Assembly: GCA_963665815.1 (NCBI GenBank)
Contig: OY762463.1
Coordinates: 3,456,001-3,520,000, forward strand
Source: Candidatus Cloacimonadales bacterium
GTDB lineage: Bacteria; Cloacimonadota; Cloacimonadia; Cloacimonadales; JAIOQZ01
Reading direction: 5' to 3'
Length of the DNA stretch: 64,000 nt
Shown here: one piece after another, positions 11,063 through 21,500 of the stretch
Layout: each line of letters starts with the position of its first letter
Position numbering within the stretch: position 1 is the first letter of the stretch
Position numbers and translations under genes: made by a program
The notes under the pieces: generated by a model
What the model was told of the DNA's origin: nothing
What the model saw: the letters and a program-made list of their open reading frames with translations, nothing else
Database searches by the model: none

Positions 11063-11701
11063 TTGGTAAAATTCAAAAACAAATATCGAATCTCAACCAC
11101 TAGATTGCATAGTTGGGATTATAGTTGGAATGCAGTATATTTCGTGACAATTTGTACTCATAATAAAGAGCATTTCTTTGGAAGAATTCTATCAGGTGAA
11201 ATGGTTTTATCAGAAATTGGACAAATCGCTGATGAATTCTGGAAAGATATTCCACAGCATTTTCCGTTTGTAAAATTAGGTGAATATATAATAATGCCAA
11301 ATCATATACACGGGTTAGTCAGAATAGATAAGGTCATAGAAGATAATTCTACTACTGTAGAAACACAATATTCTGTATCTCAAAAACAGAATATTGCACT
11401 TGAGAATAATAATGATGTAACTCCAGGACATATTTTTGGAATCAATGAGTCACAAGATATTGTGGCTCTACACCCATACTCATTAACAATGAATAAATTT
11501 GGTCCACAATCAGGGAATTTGGCATCTATTATAAGGGGTTTTAAATCTGGTGTAACAAAGAAAGCAAGAAAAATTGATCCTCTTTTCAGATGGCAGCCCA
11601 GGTATTTTGATCATATAGTCCGCAATAACAATGATTTTGACAACATAACGAGATATATTATAGACAATCCAGAAAATTGGAATGAAGATGAGCTGTTTTG
11701 A
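11063..11701 (+). mobile_element. REP-associated tyrosine transposase (RAYT; IS200-like HUH Y1 family)
   Basis: RLHSWDYS...YFVTICT, HUH motif MPNHIHG, WQPRYFDHIVRN, catalytic Tyr in RYIIDNP; TTG start behind GGGAG; flanked by REPs. Confidence 0.9.
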
Positions 11702-11702
11702 T

Positions 11703-11904
11703 GTAGAGACACAACATCTTGTGTCTCTGAATAGAAACCTGTGGGTGAGAAACAATAACCGGAATAAAATAAACGTGGTTAACAGCCGGAATCATATAAT
11801 GTTTGGTTCTGCAGGATTTTTGAGCCACAAGATATTGTGGCTCTACAAAGCTGTTAACTCTCTGTGGATATGAAAGGTCTTAGAGACACAACATCTTGTG
11901 TCTC
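11703..11904. repeat. One further REP-pair unit plus a terminal REP-A downstream of the RAYT
   Basis: REP-A at 11703, REP-B at 11822, REP-A variant at 11880; spacers match the upstream array. Confidence 0.93.
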
Positions 11905-11975
11905 AGAATAGAAAAACATTGTTCTCATTTCCCCCCCACCCGGAGCAAGATGACCCCGGGTGAAGGTATAGATAT

Positions 11976-12851
11976 TTACTTAACGGCTATGTACATGTCG
12001 AAGCCGGGTTTATCGTTGAGAACCTGGTCTACTCCGTTTTCCCAGATCGTAAATTCGTCCTTCGGAGCAAATTCGTAATTGACATTTTTTATCCATTCGC
12101 AACAAATAAAGACGTAAGCGTCACGTACGGTTTTCATGCTGCCTTTATGCGTGAAAATTGCATATTGATGTTCAGGAATAGTGTATCGGTTCAGTCCTGC
12201 CGGGGTTGGCTCAGACGGATCGATCTCTATTCCAGTTACATACTGCCATTTGTCTTCAGGTCCCGGTTCCTGATCCATAAATCTCGGATCATGGAAGCAC
12301 AGTCCCACCGCTTTTGCAATCTGAAGTTTTTGGTTTCCTGCAATTTTGTCATTCAGGTCTTTCCACATTTCATTAATCTGAGTTCCTTGAGTCTTGGTTA
12401 TAATTTCTCTTTGAAGTCCGACTAACGTAATCTCTTTTACTGTTTTGATTTTGTAATCCATTCTTTTTCCTCCTGTGTTATAGAGGCAGATCTGCACGTT
12501 CATTTTTTGTTTGTATTTTATCAGCTGATTTTTTTTTCTGAAAGCCTGAGGAGTCATACTGAAATATTTGCGGAATGCCCTGATAAAGGTTTCCGGGTTA
12601 CCGAATCCTGTTTTTTCCGACAGTGCTTTTACGGTGATATCAGAATTCAGCAGTTCTTTTGCAGCTTCGGAAAGGATGCGTTCCCGCATGTAAGTTTTGA
12701 TTCCTGTTCCGGTGAATATGGAGAACACTCTGCTGAAATGGTATTGTGAGAATCCGCAGTAATCAGCAACCTGTTCTACGGTTGGCTGAGTGAACAATCT
12801 GTTTTCGATGTAATTCACTGATCTCTGGAGTATATTCTGATAATCCGGCAT
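11976..12851 (-). CDS. AraC-family (Rob-like) regulator with C-terminal GyrI-like effector domain
   Basis: N-terminal AraC HTHs (FSQYHFSRVF, GFGNPETFIRAFRKYFSMTP); C-terminal YAIFTHKG. Confidence 0.9.
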   Translation of the reverse strand: MPDYQNILQRSVNYIENRLFTQPTVEQVADYCGFSQYHFSRVFSIFTGTGIKTYMRERILSEAAKELLNSDITVKALSEKTGFGNPETFIRAFRKYFSMTPQAFRKKNQLIKYKQKMNVQICLYNTGGKRMDYKIKTVKEITLVGLQREIITKTQGTQINEMWKDLNDKIAGNQKLQIAKAVGLCFHDPRFMDQEPGPEDKWQYVTGIEIDPSEPTPAGLNRYTIPEHQYAIFTHKGSMKTVRDAYVFICCEWIKNVNYEFAPKDEFTIWENGVDQVLNDKPGFDMYIAVK

Positions 12852-13016
12852 GTTTCCTCTTTTTTACATTGACTTTTCTTGCTCATACATCATAAACTTA
12901 CAGGAGTCAAGTTATTTAAGGGATCAAGTAAAATAATTGTGACATATTTCGTAAAACATAATATATTGTTGATGTCTACTTATTATGGAAAGTATGCACA
13001 AAAATCAGGAGAAAAA

Positions 13017-14777
13017 ATGCAGAAAACAAAGATTGTTTGCACACTCAGCAACAGACTTTCAAGACAAAATATAGAAGATATGATAAAAAAGGGAATGAAT
13101 GTCGCCCGACTCAATTTTTCACATTCAACTTACGAAGATGCAGAACAAATGATAGAACTGCTCAGAGATATCCAGAAAAAACTCGGTATCCCTCTGGCAA
13201 TAATGATGGATACAAAAGGTCCTGAAGTACGAATTTACGGACAGAAAGAAACGGTCTTCCTTAAGGCTGGTACAATCATTAATGTTGCTTCGTACACCGG
13301 TGAAGATATTGCAGTAAAGTTTTCAGATAAAGAGACATCTTTTTATACTAATTTACCCAATATAGGCAAGCTTGTAAATACAGGTGATACAGTTCTGCTG
13401 ATGGATGGTTTTATATCCGGGGAAATAACTGAGACAACCGACGATTCTATTCTGGTGAAAATTATGAATAAGGGAAATCTCAGACCTAAGGCTCATTTGA
13501 CAATTCCGTCTCTGGATTATCCGCTTCCATTCCTTTCAGAGAAAGACCGGGAAGACATACGCTTTGCTGTGAAACATGATCTGGATTACATTGCAATGTC
13601 GTTTGTCAGGGAGAAACAGGATATTCTGGATGTAAAGAATCTTATTATTGATGCAGATATCAATTCACGTATTAAGCTGATTTCCAAGATTGAGAATAAG
13701 CAGGCTATAAATAATTTCGAGAGTATTATGCAGCTATCTGATGGTATTATGGTTGCCAGGGGAGATCTGGGAGTAGAGCTGCCTTTGGAAGAGGTTCCGA
13801 TAAGACAGAAGGCTATAATCAAAAGATGTTATCAGTCCGGTAAACCTGTTATAACAGCCACTCAGATGCTGGAATCCATGATTGAGAATCCGGTTCCAAC
13901 CAGAGCCGAGGCATCAGATGTTGCTAATGCCTGTTATGATCTTACTTCAGGAGTAATGCTTTCAGGAGAGACAGCAATTGGGAACTATCCTGTTTTGACA
14001 GTAGAGACAATGCAGAATATAATCAAAAGAGTGGAGAACTCATTTGATTACAGGAAATTTTTCTATCAACGTGAAATTGATTTTCCTAAAACGAATTTAA
14101 CAACAATTATTTCCTATAATGCTATTTCTACAGCATATCAGTGTCAGGCAGCCGCTCTTGTAGTGCACACAATGTCCGGTTATACTGCCAGAATGCTTTC
14201 CAAGTTGAGGAGTGGGTTGCCAATTTATGCTTTTACAGCAGATAAGAAAGTGTTTAATCAATTGTCATTGAACTGGGGAGTTCATCCCTGTCTGATCTCT
14301 CAGGCAACAAATTTTGAGGACCTTGTAAAGTTATCCATGGATGTCTGTCTGAAAAAGAACTGGCTGAAAAAGGGAGATTTAGTTGTAGTTGTTGCAGGAC
14401 TTCCACTTGGTACTCGCGGAACAACCAATATGATCAGGATTGAAACTGTTGGTAAGGCAACTCTCAAGGGTAAAGTAGTTCACCCGGGGAAATCGGAAGC
14501 CCCCATTGTATTTGTAAAGAGCTATAAGGATATATCTACAAAGGATATCAATGATAAGATAGTTGTTCTGAACACGTTCAAGAAGGAGTATACACCATTT
14601 TTGAAGTATGCTTCAGGTATTATAATAGAAACAAGTGCTTATGAACATGAATTGTCATTATTGGGTCTTGCGTATGGTATTCCTGTATTGTCAAGAGTGC
14701 AGGATGCGTTTTCTCGATTGAACGATGATACTGTAATCTCAATGAATGCTGATAAGGGAATAATTATTGATATCTAA
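13017..14777 (+). CDS. pyk: Pyruvate kinase with C-terminal PEP-utiliser-like extension
   Basis: ARLNFSH, DTKGPEVR, KIEN, MVARGDLGVE, ATQMLESM, MLSGETA; start set at ATG 13017 behind AGGAG. Confidence 0.95.
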   Translation: MQKTKIVCTLSNRLSRQNIEDMIKKGMNVARLNFSHSTYEDAEQMIELLRDIQKKLGIPLAIMMDTKGPEVRIYGQKETVFLKAGTIINVASYTGEDIAVKFSDKETSFYTNLPNIGKLVNTGDTVLLMDGFISGEITETTDDSILVKIMNKGNLRPKAHLTIPSLDYPLPFLSEKDREDIRFAVKHDLDYIAMSFVREKQDILDVKNLIIDADINSRIKLISKIENKQAINNFESIMQLSDGIMVARGDLGVELPLEEVPIRQKAIIKRCYQSGKPVITATQMLESMIENPVPTRAEASDVANACYDLTSGVMLSGETAIGNYPVLTVETMQNIIKRVENSFDYRKFFYQREIDFPKTNLTTIISYNAISTAYQCQAAALVVHTMSGYTARMLSKLRSGLPIYAFTADKKVFNQLSLNWGVHPCLISQATNFEDLVKLSMDVCLKKNWLKKGDLVVVVAGLPLGTRGTTNMIRIETVGKATLKGKVVHPGKSEAPIVFVKSYKDISTKDINDKIVVLNTFKKEYTPFLKYASGIIIETSAYEHELSLLGLAYGIPVLSRVQDAFSRLNDDTVISMNADKGIIIDI

Positions 14778-14800
14778 TAAATAATCGAAGATATGGATAA

Positions 14801-17800
14801 ATGAGAAAGAACACCGGAAATTTCAGACTGTCAGAATACGTCTACTGGACTGCAATAATATCTGTAGTACTTGCTATAGCGGCTATCTATCTAAGTATAG
14901 CTCATATAAGTATGCAGAATGCTGTCAGTTTGAATGAACAATTAAAGTATGCTAAACATAATTCAGATCGTAATAATCTGAGACACCATGCTTTATCGAT
15001 TCTTAGTCTGATAAAAACCGGTCAAGAAAGAGAAGATATTGAGAGTAAGCACAGACTCCGACGTGAAGCCAGAAAACTTAATATTCTGGTTAATTCAATA
15101 TACAAGAAAAACAGGCATAAGTCTCATTCTGCATTGAAAAAGCATCTGGCATCAATAATCAATGATCTGAGTAATGAGATGTCTGATTACTATTTCATAT
15201 ATGATTTTCAGAAAAAGGATTTTATTGTACCTGAATCAAAAGTTCCCGAAATTCCAAATAAGCAGTATCAGGCAGAGATGAAAGCATTGCATGAAACATT
15301 TGTGCAGGCAATATACAGTCAGAATGAAACTCTACTTGAATACAACATGATTAGAACCAGTGGCGATGAACAGCATACTCGTAGCACAACAGCTTATGTG
15401 TTCTATTTTAAACCACTTGATATTCTGCTTGGCGCGAATCTATTTCCATATGAGATGATGAGAAAGCTGAAGAAAGAGTTTCTCGAAAACCTTGATGTTT
15501 TTGAAGACAACACTCATATGCAGATATTCACGGGTAATTATAATGGAGAGATATTTATTGAATCTGATGATAGAAAGAGAAATATCATCCTTAAGGATAA
15601 AGAAGGCAAAATTTATTCTCGTGAGCTCGTAAGAGCTGCATTGAAAGGTGGTGATTACATTGAATATGAAAGCTCTGAAACACAGACGGTTGTTAATTAT
15701 GTAATTGGGATTGATGAATGGGAAATGTATTTTTGCTGTCAGATTATAATGCTGAATGACAGCAATGAAAATGGTGTGTCATTTCTTGAGGTAATGAGCA
15801 GGCATACCGGAACCTTATTAGTTTTGTTTTCCGTTCTGATTGTAATCACGATAATTGTCGGCAGCTTCTTCAAAAGGAAGATATCAAGTGATATCAGGAA
15901 TATTGAAAAATGGGTAGATGGGATTGAAAATGATTCATCTGATGATGCACCTGAATTTCACTTTTATGATCTCGAAAGGCTATTAACAGGTTTTGATAAT
16001 AACTTTAAACAGGAAAGAGAGCGATTCAGAGATGTTCAAAGAGATAATGAGTTTTTAAAATCCGTTATTGATCAAGCTCATATCGGAATACAAATCTGGG
16101 TTAGAAACAAACGAAACTCAATAAGGATAAAGTACACGAATCGTTATTACTCAAATCTTATGGATCTACTGACAAAATCTAAATTCAGCAGCAGGAGAAC
16201 CGGGATATTGAGGAGTACTGTTCATAAGTGTCTGATATCGGTCAGGAATGTGTTTGATCCTCCTCATAATAGATTGGAGAATGAAGTAACAATTGAAGAT
16301 GTAGATGGAAAGAATCTCTATTTGAATATTACTGCAACACCTGTATTTAATAAGAAACTTGAATTTGTTGCTTGTACTGAGATTGTTACAGATGTATCTG
16401 AAAAAAGCAGAGATATTGACAGATTGAAGACTTCAGAACAGAATTATAAAGAAATATTTAACACTTCTACTGATGCTATAACAATTTTTGAGCCGGATGA
16501 GTTTAGAGTTGTAGATGTGAACAAGGCAATGCTGAAACTGTTTGGCTATACTTATGAAGAAGCTTTGAGATTGAGTTATCTTGACCTCAGCCATGAGCAC
16601 TCAAAGATAAAAATTATCCAGTACAAGAATTTGTTTGCCAGTATAAAAGAGAAGAGTCCATTGTACTTTATCTGGAAAGGCAAAAAGAATAATGGAAGAT
16701 CAATAAGTCTGGAGAATGTTCTTAAGCGTGTCAATATCGGAAAAAAAGAGCATGTTCTGTTGTTCTCAAAGGATATCACAATTCAGAAAGAAGCACAGGA
16801 TGAGCTGGAAAGAACAAAATCCTATCTCGATAATATTGTGAACAGCATGCCATCTGCTCTGATAGGTGCAGATATGGATGGGAAAATAATCGAAGCTAAT
16901 AATAAAGCTCTGGAACTGGGGATAGACCAGAATGTTATTGGCAGGCATATCCTGGTAACATTCCCGTGGCTTGAGGATTATCTTGATCTTGTATTCAGCT
17001 CTATAAAAGAGAAGACGCCTAAATCCAAATCCAAGCAGGTAATCCATATTCATAATAAAAAGATGTATTTCAATATAACCTGCTATCCATTACCGTCAGA
17101 ATTTGAGAATCAGGCGGTTATTCAACTGGATAATGTAACAGATCAGGTGAGAATAGAAGAGATGATTATTCAATCTGAAAAGATGATGACAGTTGGTGGG
17201 CTTGCTGCCGGAATGGCACACGAGATAAACAATCCTCTGGGGATAATTATGCAGGCTGCAGAAAACACCCTTAGAAGGCTTTCTCCTGATTTCGATAAGA
17301 ATCGAGATATAGCAGAAAGATATCATATTGATCTGCAATCACTCAGAGATTATATGAAGGAGAGACAGGTTCTTGATTTTATAAAGAGTATACAAGATGC
17401 TTCAGGAAGGGCATCAGAAATTGTTAAGAATATGCTTAACTTCAGTCGCATGAAGACGGAACGTAAGGAGAATCTTGACATTAACTCGATAGTTAATGAT
17501 ACTATCTACCTTGCAATGCATGATTATGATTTGAAAAAACAGTATGATTTCAAGAGTATTAATCTCGTTAAAGATCTGGGAGATGCTCTGCCAAATGTGA
17601 ATGTAAGTAAGACTGAGATTGAACAGGTAATACTGAATCTCCTGAAAAATGCTGCTCATGCAATGATTAACAAAAAATATGATGATAAACCTGAGATTAG
17701 AATAAGAACCATCAGGGAAGAAAACTACTTAAAGATCAGTATTATTGATAATGGAAAGGGGATGTCTGAAAATATGCAGAAACGTATTTTCGAACCATTC

Positions 17801-17944
17801 TACACGACAAAACCTGTTGGTTCAGGAACAGGGCTTGGATTGTCAGTGTCTTACTTTATTGTTACGAATAACCATAACGGAAAACTTGAAGTTGAATCGA
17901 AGCCGGGGAATGGTGCGAGATTTACTATTTCTTTACCGATATAA
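14801..17944 (+). CDS. Membrane-bound Cache/PAS sensor histidine kinase
   Basis: Two TM segments, PAS-like repeats, H-box AGMAHEINNPL, N-box NLLKNA, DNGKG, FEPFYTTK, GTGLGLS. Confidence 0.9.
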   Translation: MRKNTGNFRLSEYVYWTAIISVVLAIAAIYLSIAHISMQNAVSLNEQLKYAKHNSDRNNLRHHALSILSLIKTGQEREDIESKHRLRREARKLNILVNSIYKKNRHKSHSALKKHLASIINDLSNEMSDYYFIYDFQKKDFIVPESKVPEIPNKQYQAEMKALHETFVQAIYSQNETLLEYNMIRTSGDEQHTRSTTAYVFYFKPLDILLGANLFPYEMMRKLKKEFLENLDVFEDNTHMQIFTGNYNGEIFIESDDRKRNIILKDKEGKIYSRELVRAALKGGDYIEYESSETQTVVNYVIGIDEWEMYFCCQIIMLNDSNENGVSFLEVMSRHTGTLLVLFSVLIVITIIVGSFFKRKISSDIRNIEKWVDGIENDSSDDAPEFHFYDLERLLTGFDNNFKQERERFRDVQRDNEFLKSVIDQAHIGIQIWVRNKRNSIRIKYTNRYYSNLMDLLTKSKFSSRRTGILRSTVHKCLISVRNVFDPPHNRLENEVTIEDVDGKNLYLNITATPVFNKKLEFVACTEIVTDVSEKSRDIDRLKTSEQNYKEIFNTSTDAITIFEPDEFRVVDVNKAMLKLFGYTYEEALRLSYLDLSHEHSKIKIIQYKNLFASIKEKSPLYFIWKGKKNNGRSISLENVLKRVNIGKKEHVLLFSKDITIQKEAQDELERTKSYLDNIVNSMPSALIGADMDGKIIEANNKALELGIDQNVIGRHILVTFPWLEDYLDLVFSSIKEKTPKSKSKQVIHIHNKKMYFNITCYPLPSEFENQAVIQLDNVTDQVRIEEMIIQSEKMMTVGGLAAGMAHEINNPLGIIMQAAENTLRRLSPDFDKNRDIAERYHIDLQSLRDYMKERQVLDFIKSIQDASGRASEIVKNMLNFSRMKTERKENLDINSIVNDTIYLAMHDYDLKKQYDFKSINLVKDLGDALPNVNVSKTEIEQVILNLLKNAAHAMINKKYDDKPEIRIRTIREENYLKISIIDNGKGMSENMQKRIFEPFYTTKPVGSGTGLGLSVSYFIVTNNHNGKLEVESKPGNGARFTISLPI

Positions 17945-18127
17945 CTTACCTATAGTTTTGTATGATAGCAAAATTAAGCAGCTTGGGTTAGAAAGAATTG
18001 ATGAGATTTATGAATTTAACAGGAAATCTTTTAAGAGAAACTCATTTTGAGGTAGTAGCTGATGAATTCTAAAATCAAGTCAACTATCCCAATTATGCAG
18101 AGGTCTTTTACCTTAACCGAGGATACT

Positions 18128-18502
18128 ATGGAAGAAACAAGGATTTTACTTATTGATGATGAAGATCAGGTCAGGCTGAATCTGAAAGCCTTTCTTGAAG
18201 ATGAGAATTTTGTTGTTGAAGAGTCTGCAACGGCGGAAGAAGGTCTTCTATTGCTTAACGAGAACAAATTTGATGTTGCAATTGTGGATATGAGGTTACC
18301 TGGAATGAATGGAAATCAGTTTATTGAGACAGCGTGTGAAATTCAAAAAAACCTCAGATTCCTGATACATACCGGATCACTTCTGTATGATCTACCGAAA
18401 CGTTTTGAAAAGATTGGAATCACCAGCAAAGATCTGTTTTACAAACCGATTCGAGAGATGAAATGGATATCTGACAGAATACAGGAAGTCATTGGGAAAT
18501 AG
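18128..18502 (+). CDS. Single-domain response regulator (receiver)
   Basis: ILLIDDE, DMRLPGMNG, KP; likely ATG 18128 behind GAGG (the ORF is open from 18062). Confidence 0.85.
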   Translation: MEETRILLIDDEDQVRLNLKAFLEDENFVVEESATAEEGLLLLNENKFDVAIVDMRLPGMNGNQFIETACEIQKNLRFLIHTGSLLYDLPKRFEKIGITSKDLFYKPIREMKWISDRIQEVIGK

Positions 18503-18504
18503 TA

Positions 18505-18533
18505 AAGTGCCCAGACGATGTACCTGAGCACTT
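18505..18533. terminator. Possible bidirectional terminator between convergent genes
   Basis: AAGTGCCCAG...CTGAGCACTT inverted repeat with one mismatch. Confidence 0.45.
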
Positions 18534-18543
18534 GTAAAAGTAA

Positions 18544-21500
18544 TTATTCTGCTGTTTCCGGGACAGCCGGAGAGGATAATCTTCTCTTGAATTCCCCCCA
18601 GGTAATCATTTCTCTGCTTTCAGAATCTATATTGTTTAGATAATCGTATATTCCTTCATAATCTCTAATTGCAATCACCTGATAAAACATCTGAGGAGCA
18701 AAAGCAGCAACTCCATTATGTGTGAATGTTGTATCTCTGACAATTGTGAGATGATAATAGGAATCGGGATCAGCCTCAAGAGTTTCACTGTAGTTTATAA
18801 CATAAAAATCAATATCAACATCTAAATTGTGTGTAGTTTTGGTAACTTCATCCCAGTTAATTACTGCATTACCGGAGTTGAGAACAAAACTGATGTTCTG
18901 AGGAGCCGGTATTGTATCATATTCTCCAGATGCATTCAGACTTACTTCTGCAACAGGCTGATTTGTTGAATCGTTTGTTATCCTGAGAGTACCATGATAA
19001 TCATTTTCCCCGTCAGGAGTAACAACTACCAATACTGTTTCAGTCTGACCGGGAGTCAAGATTATTGGGGATGAATTCAATAACTCGAAAACACTGTCTG
19101 TCGAATCTGTGAGAGTGATCTCAGTTATGTTCAGATTTACAGAACCGGTATTCCGGAATCTGCACTCCAAAGTATCTGAACTTCCATAATAAACAATTCC
19201 GGCATCAAGGGAGTCTTCAGTCAGAAATGTGATTTCTACAATTTCTTCAAACCATGGATCGAATATGACTTCCCCGTAATTCTGATTCTCATCATTATCG
19301 AATATATGATCATCAATAAGTTGGGCTGTATTGTAGTCCCACTTATTGAAAACTGCATTGACTTGATTTGCTGAGTTGTTTCTCATCTGAAATCCGTCAG
19401 AATTGTTGTTAGTTAATGTATTGAGTCCCGGGTTAGATTGTGTTTGCCCCAGATCAGGGGTGACACCACCATTTATCTCAATACCATAGCTTGTATTGCT
19501 TTTAACAGCGCAGTTTCTTACTGTAATAGATGAATTGTTGAAATTAATACCTTTGCTGTTACTATAGGAAATTTCACTGTTGTCAATGCTTCCGGTAACG
19601 TCGGCTGTAATGTATAATTCGGCTGAACCTGCAGCAGTGTATGACCCTCCATATCTCAAGATCGTATGGCTCATATCTATAGCAGCAACATTATCACTTC
19701 CTGAGTAAAATGCTATTCCTTTCCATTCCCATTGGTCTTCTGAGACAGCATTGCCATCATGCTTTGTGTCTCCACCATAGTTATCATCATGAATTGAGGT
19801 GAAAACAACAGAATCTGTTTCTGTTCCTGCCATAATAAGTGAACCTGAAACTTCCAAAGCTCCATTTGCTGATGATTTAAAAATTGAACCATTTGGGATG
19901 GTCAGAGTGACATTATCATTTACATAAAGGGTTCCTGTCAGATTAGTGACAAGATCGGAAGTCCATGTAAGGTCATTACTGACTGTACCTTCGATTCCCA
20001 GAGCATCTATGCCATTATTAATTAATGTGTTACCTGTATATGTGTAAAAAACTCCATCATCTATGAGAATAGGATACAAATTGTTGTTTTCGAAAGTATT
20101 ATTGTTTATCTGCACATCTGAACCATAAGATCTGACTCCACTGTAGCTGCTGTACTCAATTCTGCTGTTCTCTACAGTACTTTGACTATCATTTGCAAAG
20201 TATACCATTGCATTGTAATTATAGTATCCACCATAGCGAATTACACAATTATTGAATTGTCCGACACCATCATTGTTTCCATCTCCGGTGAAATACAGAC
20301 ATTGCCAGTCTCCGGGAGCAGGAATTGATGAAGTACCGTCACTATTGGTGTCTCCTCCGTAATTGTCATCTTTAATACTGGTAAATACTACAGGATTCGA
20401 CTGAGTTCCATTGGCTGTTAATGTCCCATTTACTTCAAAATTGGCACTACTGTTGATTTTAAACACAGTTCCTTCAGTTAAAGTCAGAACAGCATCATCA
20501 TTTATATAAAAATTACCTGTGATATTTGTAACTACATCAGATGGCCAGGTCAAATCACTTGTAATATTACCCTCTACTCCAAGAGCATTTATCCCGTTAC
20601 CAGTGAATGTATTACCTGAATAAGCATAAAAAATTCCACCATCAATCCACATAGGATATATATCGTTATCGGTAAAAGTGCTATTATTTATCTGGACATC
20701 AGACTCATAAGATCTAATTCCACTGTAATTACTATATTCAATGCGGCTGTTTTCTATTATACTTTGGCTTCCGCTGGTAAAATATAACATTGAACTGACG
20801 TTATAACTTCCACCATAACGAATAACACAATTACTGAACTGGCCAGCTCCTTCATTATCTCCATTACCATTGAAAAAGATTGATTGCCAGTCCCCGGGTG
20901 CAGGAATTGATGAAGTACCGTCACTATTGGTGTCTCCTCCGTAAGTATCATCTTTAATACTGGTAAATACTACAGGATTCGACTGAGTTCCATTGGCTGT
21001 TAATGTCCCATTTACTTCAAAATTGGAGACATTGTTGATTTTGAATATTGTACCTTCTGTTAAAGTCAGAACGACATCATCATTTATATAAAAATTACCT
21101 GTGATATTTGTAACTACATCAGATGGCCATATTAAGTCATTTGTAATGGTTCCGTTCACTCCAAGAGCGTTAATACTATTATCATTGAATGTGTTTCCTG
21201 AATAGACATTTATCACGCCATCATCAATTAAAACTGGATGTCCATTATTATGGGAGAAAGCATTATTGTTTATCTGGATATCAGAATCATTAGATTTTAT
21301 TCCACTGTAACTACTGTGTTCAATCAGACAGTTTTCCACTGTACTTTGACTGCCTCCGCTAAAATAAATCATGGATTGATAGCTGTAACTTCCACCATAT
21401 CTGACTATACAATTTTCAAGTTGTCCTGCACCATCATTGTCTCCATAAGAGTTAAACCATATTGTTCCCAAGTCTCCCGGTGATGGTGAAGTTGCATTGC

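Noticed and set aside
11063..11701. IS200/IS605 element with TnpB
   Set aside because: No tnpB is present, and the motifs and multiple GTAG hairpins fit a RAYT
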